A DNA stretch of 62,950 bases, the filler included, from Octopus bimaculoides (Eukaryota): NCBI RefSeq assembly GCF_001194135.2. It is 7 parts of 7 records of this genome, joined end to end, with 100 filler letters (N's around TTAATTAATTAA, not from the genome) between each part and the next. Parts side by side here need not be neighbours in the genome. Positions count along the whole stretch, not along the records: positions 35,406 to 49,076 come from NC_068985.1; 6 more parts are not named here. The stretch is one strand, 5' to 3'. The notes beneath the pieces were generated by a model that saw nothing but the letters and a program-made list of their open reading frames with translations, was not told the origin of the DNA and did not search any database. A program made the position numbers and the translations under genes. Every line of letters starts with the position of its first letter. Position 1 is the stretch's first letter. This document shows, piece after piece, positions 35,912 through 48,329 of the stretch.

Positions 35912-35924
35912 TATTGTTACTAGT

Positions 35925-35998
<74 letters not shown>

Positions 35999-37714
35999 AG
36001 TTACTTATTTGTCTTGAATTGTATTTCATTGTATTACAGAATATTTTATTCTTACATTGATGCCGTGCTTTGTTGTTGAACTAAAAAGTGCTATAGTGCT
36101 TATCATAGTGTTTATCAGTCAGTCTCCTTGTCTTTATTTAAATGTTCTATCATGTGTGACAACAATGAATTCTCGTCATCTTTAGAGATTTCGTAATTAC
36201 TATCTTTGGTAAATTTGGAATTCCAGTAGAATATTTTCTTTTAATTCCTGTCTGACAAACATATATTTGTGTGTGCATGCATGTCTATGTATTATAATTT
36301 TTTGCCATAATTTACTTGTTCTTCCGTCTTTTCCATATATATTATCGATGTGGGATGCCACAATCACCTGTTAAAAGCATCAGGTCGTTATGGTCATCGC
36401 CATCATCTTCATTACAATCACCGTCACCACCACTACCACTGCCACCACCATCACCACAATCACCACCACCACCACCACCACCACCACCACTCCTATGTCA
36501 TCATCGTCGTCGTCGTCAGCGTCATCGTCGTCGTCGTCAGCGTCATCATCGTCNNNNNNNNNNNNNNNNNNNNNNNNNNNNNNNNNNNNNNNNNNNNNNN
36601 NNNNNNNNNNNNNNNNNNNNNNNNNNNNNNNNNNNNNNNNNNNNNNNNNNNNNNNNNNNNNNNNNNNNNATTGTTACATCCATTTCAACAAGCACCATTT
36701 GCCTCCCCACTCTCCCAATTCTCTATTAATAACCTTTTGTCACCAAGACACTTAACACATTGACACACTGCAAACAACAATCCTTTCTGCTGTTGGCACA
36801 AAGCCTGATATTTTGGGGAAGGGAGCTAATTTACCCCAGTGTTCAATTATTACTTGTTTTATCGACCCCGAAAGTCGACACACTGGTAACAATAAAACAG
36901 TGTAACAAAATTTTTATTTATTTATATATTTTTGTCTTTGGTCAGTAAGTGTTATTTCCTATTTGCTTCTATCTAGAAATCAAAGGAAATGACTACTATT
37001 CCCTTCACACATTGCTTTTGTGACCTGGACATCAATGTTTTGAAACTGACCTATTTTCCATTACATTTCAGACAGATTCAGCGCTCAGTTGCTGAAGCAG
37101 AAATATCATTATAGTAAATATTCTGCTCAATACCAAATATTTGCTTGTCATTTCCTTGACCTTGACCACTTGAGCATGTTCCTTAGTCGCTGATATTATG
37201 TGCATCTCTGATCATGAACAGGAGTAGCGGCGGAGCACCATAGCCATGTGTTGAGGGAGATTCTTTGGGGTTTGAATGAATGTAAGAAAAGCAAAGTTTG
37301 AAGGAAATATTAATTATTTTCCATACTTTTTAGAGGTAAGCAAATAGAAAATAACAGTTCCTATCCAAAGACAAAACTCGTATTATACAGTGTAATAGCA
37401 GATATTGAATCATCGACAGCAATGCTATTCACAAATTGATACATTGGTAACAATATCACACAATGACACATTGGTACATTGGCAATGAATGTTCCTAACA
37501 TAAGCATAAAGCCTACATTTGGAGAGAAGTCGTCGATACTGTCGACCACTGTACTTAACTGGGTTTTTTTTATCGATCCTAAAGAGATGAAAGGTAAATT
37601 TGAACTCGGCAGGATTTGAACCTAGAAAGTAAAGATTCTCAACGAATGCTACAAAGTATTTTTTTCTTACACACCATTGTTAATAATGGTCTCAAATTTA
37701 GTTCAAGACCAGGG

Positions 37715-37870
37715 TGTTAGATGGTGCCATTGAACTCAAGTGCTTGGCGTGTACTTTATTTTATCGACCCCCTAAAGGATAAAAGATAATGTTGACTTCA
37801 TCGCTATTTGAACTCAGGGATGTAAAGCCCAAATTCCGACACTCTAACTATTCTGTCAGCTCACCGACAT
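37715..37870 (-). mobile_element. Family B SINE, degenerate
   Basis: tttatcgacccc...atttgaactcag...ctgtcagctcaccg is the reverse complement of family B motifs. Confidence 0.6.
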
Positions 37871-37960
37871 TGCGTACGTTGTTAATAACTAAATCTGATA
37901 TACACACACAAAGTAATATTTATGGTCGATTAAATATTGACTTTAGCATATGAGGAAATT

Positions 37961-38105
37961 CTTTCAGTTTCCACGTATCAAATCCACTCACAAGGCTTTG
38001 GTCGACTCGAGGCTATGGTAGAAGATACTAGCCCAAGATGCAATGCAGTGGGACGGAATCCAGGACCATGTGGTTGAGAAATAACTTCTTACTACACAGC
38101 CACAT
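37961..38105 (-). mobile_element. Family A SINE, 5' part
   Basis: caaatccactcacaaggctttggtcg...ccatgtggttg...actacacagcc is the reverse complement of the family A head. Confidence 0.75.
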
Positions 38106-38582
38106 CATAGGGATTCTACATCAAAATCTGGTTTTGTCGGAACTGATTTACTCTCTCCGAGATCGATAGAATTGTTCCCAATCGTATACATACATACATA
38201 CATACATACATACATACATACATACAAAAAGAGAACACCTATGCTGAACTACTGAGACATCTACAGTTACTCTATCCAGATTACTAGTTCAGGTTTATAC
38301 CTGTAATTATTGGGGCCCTGAGATATGTAACACACTGCCTAAATACCAATCTTGAGAAGTTAGGATTCTCAAAACCAGAAAAGAGAAAGCTAATTCGAAG
38401 ACTACAGATCCAATCCATCACTTGAACTGTAAATATCCGTAAAACTTTCCAGTTTATCATTTAAATATATATGAGCATGTTTAGATTTGTAACTATATGC
38501 ATGAGAATACATACATAAAACATACAAATCTGCACATACATACATACATACATACATACATACATACATCCATACATACATA

Positions 38583-38686
38583 CCCTGTTGTTGATGTTGA
38601 CATTCTAATGAAGGAACCTTGGATCTAGGTTAGAAACAGGTTCTTTCTCTATTGGCAAGAAATCTTGAAATAAACTGAATAATGAC
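38583..38686 (-). repeat. Family C repeat, copy 3
   Basis: Reverse complement of 736-834 and 4148-4251, flanked by (CATA)n. Confidence 0.85.
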
Positions 38687-39436
38687 ATACATACACACAC
38701 ATATATATGCATGTATGTATATACATACATAATACATACATATAGATACATACATATACACACACACACAAACGTATATATAATATATATATATACATGC
38801 ATATGTTTTTTAATCGAAATCTTTTAATTGACAATAAACCTATGTGTTAAATACTGTTAAATAAATAAATGTAAAAGTATATGTTATTTTAAGCAAATAT
38901 TTATGTATAAATTTCATAAGCGTTTATAAGGTAAAGCCTGAAATATAAAGGGGTCCGCAAGTCAAAAAGTTTGAAAACCTCTGGTTTATGTCACCATGAC
39001 TATAACTTGACGGTTCGACAATAATAACTGTTACAGTAAGTACTGGGCTTAAAATAAATAAGGACTGAGGTGGATCGTTCGACTAAAAGAATCCTTTAAA
39101 GCAGTGCCCCAATATGACCATGGTCCAGTGATCGAAATAAGTAAAAGATATCAGGTAATAATAACCAGTATAAATGCTGGTTTGTTGGTTGGTTTGTTGA
39201 TTGATATCTCCAGTCACGCTTTACATCGTAGAGAGAGATGGGTGGGAGAGTAAACGAGAGATACAAACACAGCTAACATAAGCAGTGCAGAATAAGTGTC
39301 TTATAAATTTCAATAAAATAGACAAGATTTTAAATGAAATTTCGCAGACATAGGTTTTCTATGGAGCAGATATTGTTATTCCATACATACAAACGCATAA
39401 TTTGCTGTATTTGATTTTATTCAAAGGTAATAAATA

Positions 39437-39585
39437 TGTGGTAAGAAGTTTGCTTTCCAACTACATGGTTCCAGTTTCAGTTCCACCGCGTGGCAACTTG
39501 GACAAGTGTCTTCTATTAAAGCTTTGGGCCGACCAAAACCTAGTGAGTGGATTTAGTTGACGGAAACTAAAAGAAGCCTGTCATA
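39437..39585 (+). mobile_element. Family A SINE, 5' part, directly followed by a maT element
   Basis: The family A head ends at its TA-rich internal tract, where cagggtg (39596) begins. Confidence 0.75.
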
Positions 39586-39595
39586 TACATATATA

Positions 39596-40228
39596 CAGGG
39601 TGCAGTGGATAAACTGCGACCATTTTATAATTTCATTTCGCGCACGCGCATTGTTTGTTTTTGATTTTGTCGACTACACAGTATAGTAAGGTCAGTTGGG
39701 AACTGTCTGTGAGAAAAACAGCACCGTGAAGCGACTCACTCTGCCAGAAGTTTGGAAACGACATGCTGTACTGCTTGGTATTCGCGCCAGCAGCTCCAGT
39801 ACGAACGTTTCAGAGTGTTTGGGTGTCAATCTGAAGATAGTGCAATCTGAAGACATGTACCGAGAGTGATCAAAATCAAGCATCCAGTCAACACCATGGT
39901 GTTTGGAGTGATCACTTGTGATGGCAACTTTATGCCACCATTCATCTTCCCACACGACCTCAGACTCAACACAGAGGCCTACATCAAGTGCCTGGGGAAG
40001 GTAGTGCTGTCCTAGGTCAAGAGGGTTGCTGCTGGAACATCCTATGTCTGGCAACCGGACTCTGGACCATGCCACACAAGCAGGAGAACCCAGTCATGGT
40101 TGTCAGACAAATTTTGCAACCACATCATCCCTGGCCACCTAACTCCCCAGACAGCAACCCCCTTGATTATTATGTGTGGTTCGCAATTGAGTGAGAGACT
40201 AGCAAAACTCCCTATAACACCAATGATA
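39596..40228 (+). mobile_element. Internally deleted, 3'-truncated DD37D-like (maT) transposon
   Basis: Left end TA-cagggtgcagtggataaa. N-terminus KRLTLPEVWKRHAVLLGIRA is joined to KHPVNTMVFGVITCDGNFMPPFIFP...YVWQPDSGPCHTSRRTQSWL...WPPNSPDSNPLDYYVW. Confidence 0.8.
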
Positions 40229-41425
40229 ACAAGCGGTTCGGCAATCGGTTCCAACAGAATTAATAGCAGGCTTTAAAATAAATAAGTATTGGGATCGATT
40301 CATTCGACTAAAACTTGCTCAAAGAGATGTCCCAGGATTTTGAAATTTAGTATTCATTTCGTCATTTTGCATTTTATCTAAGATATTAGATAAAATGCAT
40401 AATTTTTAATTATTGTGTATATGCCATACTTCCTGATATTACTTGCGGTGGCAAAAGTGTGCTTATAAAGTTACGCGTCATATGACGAGTGACATTCTAA
40501 TATAGAGAAATAGATCTAAAATGCGTAGGTATATCGTCCAACTTTTTTCCATTTATGAATACAGGGTAAGGAGGATAGGAATGAAATTATAGAAATCAAT
40601 ATAAGCATAGGGTTGATTCCTAAATAATCGATTAAAGAATGATGATGAGTAAAACCGAGGAATAAGAAAGAAAACATAAAATAATGAAAATTATTTTACA
40701 TACAAAGTATATGCAAAAATTTAGATATAAAAAGAGGCAGCCATATATATTGTAAAATATATATGTTTTGTTGTATCCACAAAAATTATAACCATTTTAT
40801 CGGTGAAGATAAGAATGTTTTAGAACTTAAAAACGGCAAAGAAAATGTGATTTTCCTATCTGAAAGTAATAAAAGGTTAGTTTCAAGAAATCCAATAAAG
40901 AACTGTGATATAGAGATGAGAAAATTGAGAGAAAGAGAGAAGAAACTATAATTGATTATGTTATGTTATTCCGACACATGAACAGTTGAAGTGAAGAATG
41001 TATAAAATATTATAGTTAAAATTTGTGAATTGAAAATGTTGGAGGTTAACAGACAATAAAGAAAGAGTTCAATTTGGAAAATAAGAGTTTAAATGTTAGT
41101 TAACCATAAGCAGGACTTAGACCGGATTACATTTTAACCAATGAATTAAGCCATTACAAATAGTCACAAAGAGAAAAACTTATTTCCACCGTGGACAAGA
41201 AAGTAGAGAGATACAGTTGACAGAGTCAATCGGACTAAGATCTTTCTCTCTCTCACTCCTTCTCTCTCTGTCTCCTACTCTCTGTTCACACAGGCACACA
41301 CACACATACTTACACTTACACACAAATATACACATACGCACACACACATACACATGCACGTATATGTCAAATACGCATATGACTGAAAAACATTTCAATT
41401 CAATAAGAACGAAATACTGTCTTGA

Positions 41426-42693
41426 CAGGGTCTTGCAGATAAATTAAGAAAATTTTTACGATGCATAATACTAGTTATAAATACTAAAATAATGGTAGTA
41501 GACAGATATAATTTTAATGTAACATTTATAACGACAGGAACATTTATAACGACAGGAACATTTATCACTCAGTATAGCCGCCCTTTTGGACAATTACTAC
41601 CTCCGCAGGAGAACGAAGCATTTTTGCAGCTGCTGCACTCTCCGCCTTTTTGATTTTGCACGTTGCACGCACGATGCAGGTCATCAAACTGTTGTCACCC
41701 GAGTGTGGTGAAGCATTGGTCCCTGCTTGAAGTACATTCCATAAAAAGTAATCGAGAAGGTTCAGATCTGGGCTATTACTGGGCCAGATGTTGGCTATCA
41801 CAAAAAATGACACCTTCCAACCAAGGAAAGCCTGTGTTGCTTTTGATCCATGTCATGGTGCAGGATCCTGAATAATCACCACATTGTCAAGCCCAAACTT
41901 CTGCTCCATCCAAGGTAACAGAGAGTTCTTCACAATGTCCAGATACTCCTTTGTGCTGATCTTCAAGCTAGATTCAATGGAGTGTGGATCCATGACACTT
42001 TCATCACTCGCCACGTCTCCAAATACCACCACAGTGGCAGAATTCTTAGTCTCAAGCACAGGGAAGACGTCAGAAGAGTTGTATGCAATCACTCAAGAAT
42101 TTCTACGATGCACCTCAGCGTCCACAGTGAAATTCTCGTCCACAAAAATGAGAGTTTTTCCTGTATCTCGATGCTTGATGAATGACAGAAGCTTTGGTCA
42201 TCTATCAGCTCTGATTTCTTTGGCCTTGGCTGTTAGGAGGTGACAGCGTCGTTGAACATAGCTAGTCATGCCAAGTTCCCTATTCACAGCTCTGGACACC
42301 GTGGAAAGGATCACATGACAAAAGTTGTCATGGATATGGATGGGTTGGCTTCAATTTGAGGTCAGCGAAACACTTTGGATTTCGCTTCGAATTACTTCGG
42401 GTCTTGTGTTCTTTTCTATCAATCTTTTACTCTTCTTTAAATTCTTTATACACACGATAAACTGTTGCTTTTGGAGGTTTCGTCAACTTAAGAATCTTAT
42501 TGGAAATGTACCCCCGGCGCGCGCCAAAACAACAATGGCGGAACGATTCTGTTGTTCCATACTTTCTGTTGTCGAATCAGTTCACTATTTATTTGAAAAA
42601 TAAAGAAGAGGATTAGATTTTCAAGCAAGGTTTTGTGAAAAAATGAAATGTTCAACTGCTTACGATTGATCTCAATTTATCTGCAAAACCCTG
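41426..42693 (-). mobile_element. Full-length (1268 bp) degenerate DD37D (maT) transposon
   Basis: 24-bp TIRs cagggtcttgcagataaattaaga (41426-41449) and tctcaatttatctgcaaaaccctg (42670-42693), 22/24 match. FVDENFTVD...IIQDPAP*HGS...IWPSNSPDLNLLDY has exactly 37 residues between the last two D. In-frame stops are present. Confidence 0.9.
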
Positions 42694-42699
42694 CATAGG

Positions 42700-42835
42700 C
42701 GAATTGGCCGAGTTGTTAGAGCATTGGATAGATTGCCATGTAATAATCGTTTTGGCTGTCTGTTCAATTCTCACCAAGCTCAGTTCTGTCCTTCATCCTT
42801 TCGAGATCGATAAAATGGTTTTGTACTGGGATATA
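42700..42835 (+). mobile_element. Family B SINE, degenerate
   Basis: ggcgaattggccgagttgttagagca...ctgtccttcatcctttcgagatcgataaaat. Confidence 0.55.
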
Positions 42836-42929
42836 CTCTTCTCTTTTTGCCTGTCTATTTATTTCTGTTGCTGGGAGAAATCTGCTCTGATCAGAACTGA
42901 AGAAGGATGGCTCCGCTAGATCAAAAGTC

Positions 42930-43260
42930 CCCAAGTTATGCTCGTGTGTCCCAACGATTTCCCCGACTACATCAAGCAAGATCTTTTGCCATAGCCTCCG
43001 CTGTGAGACAAAAATACGTTTAATGGGTTCCTTCCAAAGGGCGTCGTGCGAGACAGTGTTGGGTGGAGCGTTTGAAAATCTCCAATTTCCATGATGACGT
43101 CTGGTGGAAGTGAGCCGGCAATATGTGAAATCACTGATGATCCACTTCGCAATGAACTGTGTACTTCAATATGTGCGAACCAAAAGTAAGTTCGTGCGCC
43201 TATGATGGTCGTAACTTTAAGGTAATCGCTGAGTAGCTGCCATATCTGCAGATGAAGAAG
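42930..43260 (-). pseudogene. Degenerate Ty3/gypsy (CsRn1/Mag-like) gag fragment
   Basis: SAITLKLRPS*AHE / FWFAHIEVH / GSLPPDVIMEIGDF resembles the gag N-terminal motif AVSLKLPPFWP.DP.LWFAQVEAQF...SLPPEV. No LTRs or pol are visible. Confidence 0.6.
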
Positions 43261-44299
43261 GCTTTGATGTTTTGTGCATTGGGTGAGACATAGATAGGTA
43301 GGAGTACTTGTAGAAAGTTTGATTGTTGTGCAGATTGCATGATTCCCCGAGGTTGCTTGGTGTGATTAGTGAGGTGTGACAAGTTGATAATTTCTGGATG
43401 TATTGATGAAATTGATGAAAAACTGTCTATACTTATTACAGATTTTATCCGTACATACCTTCCGCAACATCATTTGTGATACAGTTTGTCTCATTTTCTT
43501 TCGTTTTCTCTATAACCTACACAAAAAAATAGTGTTGAACTTTTAGTATAAATGTTAGGATGATAATATTGCATTCTGGGTAATCGTCATTTCATGTAGT
43601 CTTAGCTCGATCTATACCTTGTGAATGAAATTGGGTAGATGGAAATTGTGCGGAAGTCGTCGGGTAGATTGTAGATGTAACTGAAATGGTACAACCTTGT
43701 CACACAATCTATGTTTTGCGGATTCTGTCCAGAAATCACAACAGGAATATACATTTCCGTAGAATACTCAGCTTCAGTGAACAATCAGTTCGGTTGATCG
43801 AACAACTGAATCTTCATCGTCGAAACCGACGAAAATCCTTTTACTGCTTTACTTTTAATTAACATGTAAGAATTTAGCCAAAGCTTGGTAGTCATTATCA
43901 AATAACACACCATCATATTTTACACCACCACCTAAAGATTATTTTTTTCTTCTTCTGAAGTTTAAAAAAAAAGAAGAAAAATCTACGGAGGCGTGAAAAA
44001 GAATGTTTGCAAAAGTTAGATACGTGTAACAATGTTGATAATTTTTTATCCAGTTGCATGATATCATTTGTCACACTATCACATATTTAGATAAGATTTC
44101 GTATCATGTCACTTCAGAATAATTTCGAAATGTTTTCAGAAAACGATACATCAACCAAGTTAATAATAATTGCTAGTTAAAGAATCACAAGTCACATGAT
44201 ATACCTCGACCCAACAATGTGCGGACGCTAGAAATAAATTTAAATCTATAGTCGTGTTAAAACCTAATATTTAGGAGATTTTTCACATATATAAGAACA

Positions 44300-44357
<58 letters not shown>

Positions 44358-44589
44358 GTATGTATTGCCAAATAATTTATAGAATGGTGAAATTTTCTGG
44401 CAGGTTCTGTTAAAAACAAAAATCTCCATTAGAAGAGAAAAAATGGCTTTATGATTATTACAAATCTAAATTTGAAAAATATCGAATATATATACATATA
44501 TATGATAAGTTTCCTCTAGAGAATACTAATAAAAAAGAAAAGCAGTAAAAGAGACGAATATATATGATAACATAATAGTAATATTGCTA

Positions 44590-44775
44590 GTTTCAAATTT
44601 TGACACAGAGCCAGCAGTTTTTGAAAAGAGAGGGAAGGCGATTACATCGATCCCAGTGCTTAACTGGCACTTATTTTATCTGTCACAAAAAAAAAAAATT
44701 TGAAGGCAAAGGACAGACGAAATATCGCTAAGCATTTTGTCCGGCGTGTTAACGACTCTACAGGCCCGCCGCCTC
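44590..44775 (-). mobile_element. Family B SINE
   Basis: gattacatcgatcccagtgct...ttttatc...gacgaaatatcgctaagcatttt...cgtgttaacgactct. Confidence 0.7.
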
Positions 44776-45290
44776 AATGATAATGATAATCCATTCTATT
44801 TTAGACACAGTCTAAAAATTTGGGAGAGNNNNNNNNNNNNNNNNNNNNNNNNNNNNNNNNNNNNNNNNNNNNNNNNNNNNNNNNNNNNNNNNNNNNNNNN
44901 NNNNNNNNNNNNNNNNNNNNNNNNNNNNNNNNNNNNNNNNNNNNNNNNNNNNNNNNNNNNNNNNNNNNNNNNNNNNNNNNNNNNNNNNNNNNNNNNNNNN
45001 NNNNNNNNNNNNNNNNNNNNNNNNNNNNNNNNNNNNNNNNNNNNNNNNNNNNNNNNNNNNNNNNNNNNNNNNNNNNNNNNNNNNNNNNNNNNNNNNNNNN
45101 NNNNNNNNNNNNNNNNNNNNNNNNNNNNNNNNNNNNNNNNNNNNNNNNNNNNNNNNNNNNNNNNNNNNNNNNNNNNNNNNNTAATAATAATAATAAGGAT
45201 GATGATGGTGATGATGATGATGATGATGATGATGATAATAATAATGATAATAATAATAATAATAATAATATTAATAATAATAATAATAAT

Positions 45291-45362
<72 letters not shown>

Positions 45363-45371
45363 CCTTTCAAT

Positions 45372-45560
45372 TATAGGCTCAAGGCCTGAAATTTTGGAGG
45401 TGGGGATAGTCGATTACATCGACCCCCAGTACTCTACTGGTTCTTGTTTTATCGACCTTGAAAAGACGAAAGACAAAGTCGCCCTCGGCGGCATTTGAAC
45501 TCAGAGAACGATATACCACTAAGTATTTTACCCAGTTTGCTAACGATTCTGCCAGTTGGA
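45372..45560 (-). mobile_element. Family B SINE following an (AAT)n tract
   Basis: gtcgattacatcgaccccagt...aaagtcgccctcggcggcatttgaactcag...gctaacgattctgccag. Confidence 0.8.
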
Positions 45561-47169
45561 TTTTTGCAGACTTGCCCGCCAAAGATTTCTGACCGTTAGG
45601 CCTTTAAGTTAGCAATCACGTGTTAAATTCCTTTGTTATTGTCTGGGAAGAAAATATATTTTGGGAGAAATATTTACCTTATAGATAATGAGTGTGAAAA
45701 CACGTCAACAGCCTATGAATGAAGTTATCGATCCGTAAGACGAATGCGTTTCTGCCTTTGCATGCTTTCATCAGTGAGTACATGCTATTTAAAAAATCTG
45801 CACATCTAGTATGCTAACCACCGCTGTTGGATGATTTTCGCCTGCTACTAATATATTTGTAGTTTTTTAACACAGTACATCCTTAAGAAATATTCTTTCC
45901 GGACAAATACTGCAGCTAATTTGTCTTTTTGCGATGTATTTGCATTAAGTATGATACACAGATGGTTATATATATATANNNNNNNNNNNNNNNNNNNNNN
46001 NNNNNNNNNNNNNNNNNNNNNNNNNNNNNNNNNNNNNNNNNNNNNNNNNNNNNNNNNNNNNNNNNNNNNNNNNNNNNNNNNNNNNNNNNNNNNNNNNNNN
46101 NNNNNNNNNNNNNNNNNNNNNNNNNNNNNNNNNNNNNNNNNNNNNNNNNNNNNNNNNNNNNNNNNNNNNNNNNNNNNNNNNNNNNNNNNNNNNNNNNNNN
46201 NNNNNNNNNNNNNNNNNNNNNNNNNNNNNNNNNNNNNNNNNNNNNNNNNNNNNNNNNNNNNNNNNNNNNNNNNNNNNNNNNNNNNNNNNNNNNNNNNNNN
46301 NNNNNNNNNNNNNNNNNNNNNNNNNNNNNNNNNNNNNNNNNNNNNNNNNNNNNNNNNNNNNNNNNNNNNNNNNNNNNNNNNNNNNNNNNNNNNNNNNNNN
46401 NNNNNNNNNNNNNNNNNNNNNNNNNNNNNNNNNNNNNNNNNNNNNNNNNNNNNNNNNNNNNNNNNNNNNNNNNNNNNNNNNNNNNNNNNNNNNNNNNNNN
46501 NNNNNNNNNNNNNNNNNNNNNNNNNNNNNNNNNNNNNNNNNNNNNNNNNNNNAGAAATGGGTGAGCAAATACCTCGTTCACGCTTTATTGGTGCGATGAC
46601 AAAGAAATAATAATTACAAGTGAAAAGTGTCCGTGAAAATACGAAAGGAAAAATGGAGTAAAAATCAAAACAGGTATGAAAGAGCAACTTCTTCCAAACA
46701 ACAACTAAATCTGTTTTCAGAAAAAGAGAAAAACAAGAAAATAAAAAAACGATGACGAAAACGAAGAAGAAATAAGAACTTCCAAATTCTAACAAATAGT
46801 TGATAAACAAAATTACGCACCTGCAATGCCACAGACTTTCGAAGAAGTTATAATGATATAGAAAAAAAAGCTAGTTGAAGAATATACACAACTTGCATCA
46901 AATTCAAAATGTTTTTAACATTAAATGTTAACAAAAATGCTTATTGGTGCAGTTGGATGCACTCAAAGAAAACGTGAGTAATTGTTAAGCCAACAGGGTA
47001 ATGAGCATCTTAAGTCAATTCAACTAGTAATATTTCGCCCATTATTTCTTTTAACTATATTTTGTTTTAATTATTCTTTTATTATACTTTCTTTCCAAGC
47101 TAATATGCGTATGAATGTGTGTACGTATATATGTATGTGTTCGCATATATATTTCTATCTTATTTGATC

Positions 47170-47621
47170 ATTGTGATATGGTGGTCACCGAGCTAGAATA
47201 GTAGAGAGTTCTCCCACCGCTTGCAATGTACATCGAGTGCGAAGCGCACCGAATAACCAGTTGGGGGAGGCGTCCTCCTGGAGTTAAAATAGCAGTATCG
47301 TTTGTTCTTATAGAACACCCAAGTTTAGGTGGCGATAAACATTACTTCTCAGTATAAATACTGCTTTTAGCTCCAATAGAGATTTTCTGAACGAGTTAGT
47401 TCATATATATATATTTCTTTCAAAATGTAACTACATGTGAATCGTTGGCAATTTTTTTCTCCCTCCGACTTCCTTTTCTATTGGGCTTTCCTCTGTTTCT
47501 GAAGAAGAGCGTCTGCTCGAAACGTTAAACCATCTTTCTTTCCTTCCCTGAGCGTCTGCTAATACTTTACATGTGCAACGACCTCGCGTTGTTGGCTTTT
47601 TGTGTTTGTTCTTCTTTTTGG
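47170..47621 (+). mobile_element. Probable Penelope pseudo-LTR or retrozyme-like segment containing a hammerhead motif
   Basis: Non-coding segment with tataaata (47354) and a minimal hammerhead at 47495-47530; it runs into a gap. Assignment to a Penelope pLTR is inference from the ribozyme type, and the left boundary is approximate. Confidence 0.5.
47495..47530 (+). ncRNA. Minimal type I hammerhead ribozyme motif, intact core
   Basis: Stem I gttt/aaac; CTGAAGA (47499-47505) plus an extra A; perfect stem II gagc-gtct-gctc; GAAA (47519-47522); palindromic AACGTT stem III; predicted GUU cleavage after 47526. Confidence 0.8.
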
Positions 47622-48329
47622 NNNNNNNNNNNNNNNNNNNNNNNNNNNNNNNNNNNNNNNNNNNNNNNNNNNNNNNNNNNNNNNNNNNNNNNNNNNNNNN
47701 NNNNNNNNNNNNNNNNNNNNNNNNNNACTGCCTTGGAAATACCCATCTCTGGAAAAACTAGATAAGTATCTTTGTGTTCTGTTTATTTTTCTGTCGTTTA
47801 TTGAAAGCTTATTATTATTAGGGAAAATAGAAGGTTAAATGGACATAAGGTGTTTTCTGTTTTGCTTTTGACTTACGAGATTATTGTAGAGAGGTTTAAC
47901 TTTCATTATTCATGATTTAAGAGAATTTCTTTAGTTACAGATATATAATTGTTTGTTCCTTTATTTATCTATTTTTCCCTATCCAAGTCGAATCTTTTTC
48001 AAGAGTTTGTATAACTTCTCTCTCTCGTTCTCTTCTCCATCATACCGTCTTTTTTCCCCTTTCTCTATTGCTTCTCTCTAAATACGTAGATACACTCTCT
48101 ATCTTTTTACTTCATTCCATCATCCCATAATTCTTCTCTCAGACCCTTAATCTATCTTCCACTGTTCTTCTCTTCACTCCTCTCTCTCTCTCTATTTCAT
48201 CACTATAAATACATAGACACAGACACTCTCTCTTTCTCTTTACTTTTCTCCTGACACAATCTTTCTCTCTCTTCTCTATTTCTTCTCTTCACTTCTCTCT
48301 AACCCAGTCTTTTTTCTTCTCTCAGACTC

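Noticed and set aside
41521-41565. Short direct repeats (18-bp unit here; 14-bp unit at 57627; 19-bp unit at 3622) as CRISPR-like arrays
   Set aside because: They are contiguous tandem repeats without unique spacers, in a eukaryotic context with no cas genes.
45731-45779. Third hammerhead-like string on the - strand (CTGATGA...GAAACG...GTC)
   Set aside because: Stem II is not adjacent to the core and stem I barely pairs; at best a decayed copy.
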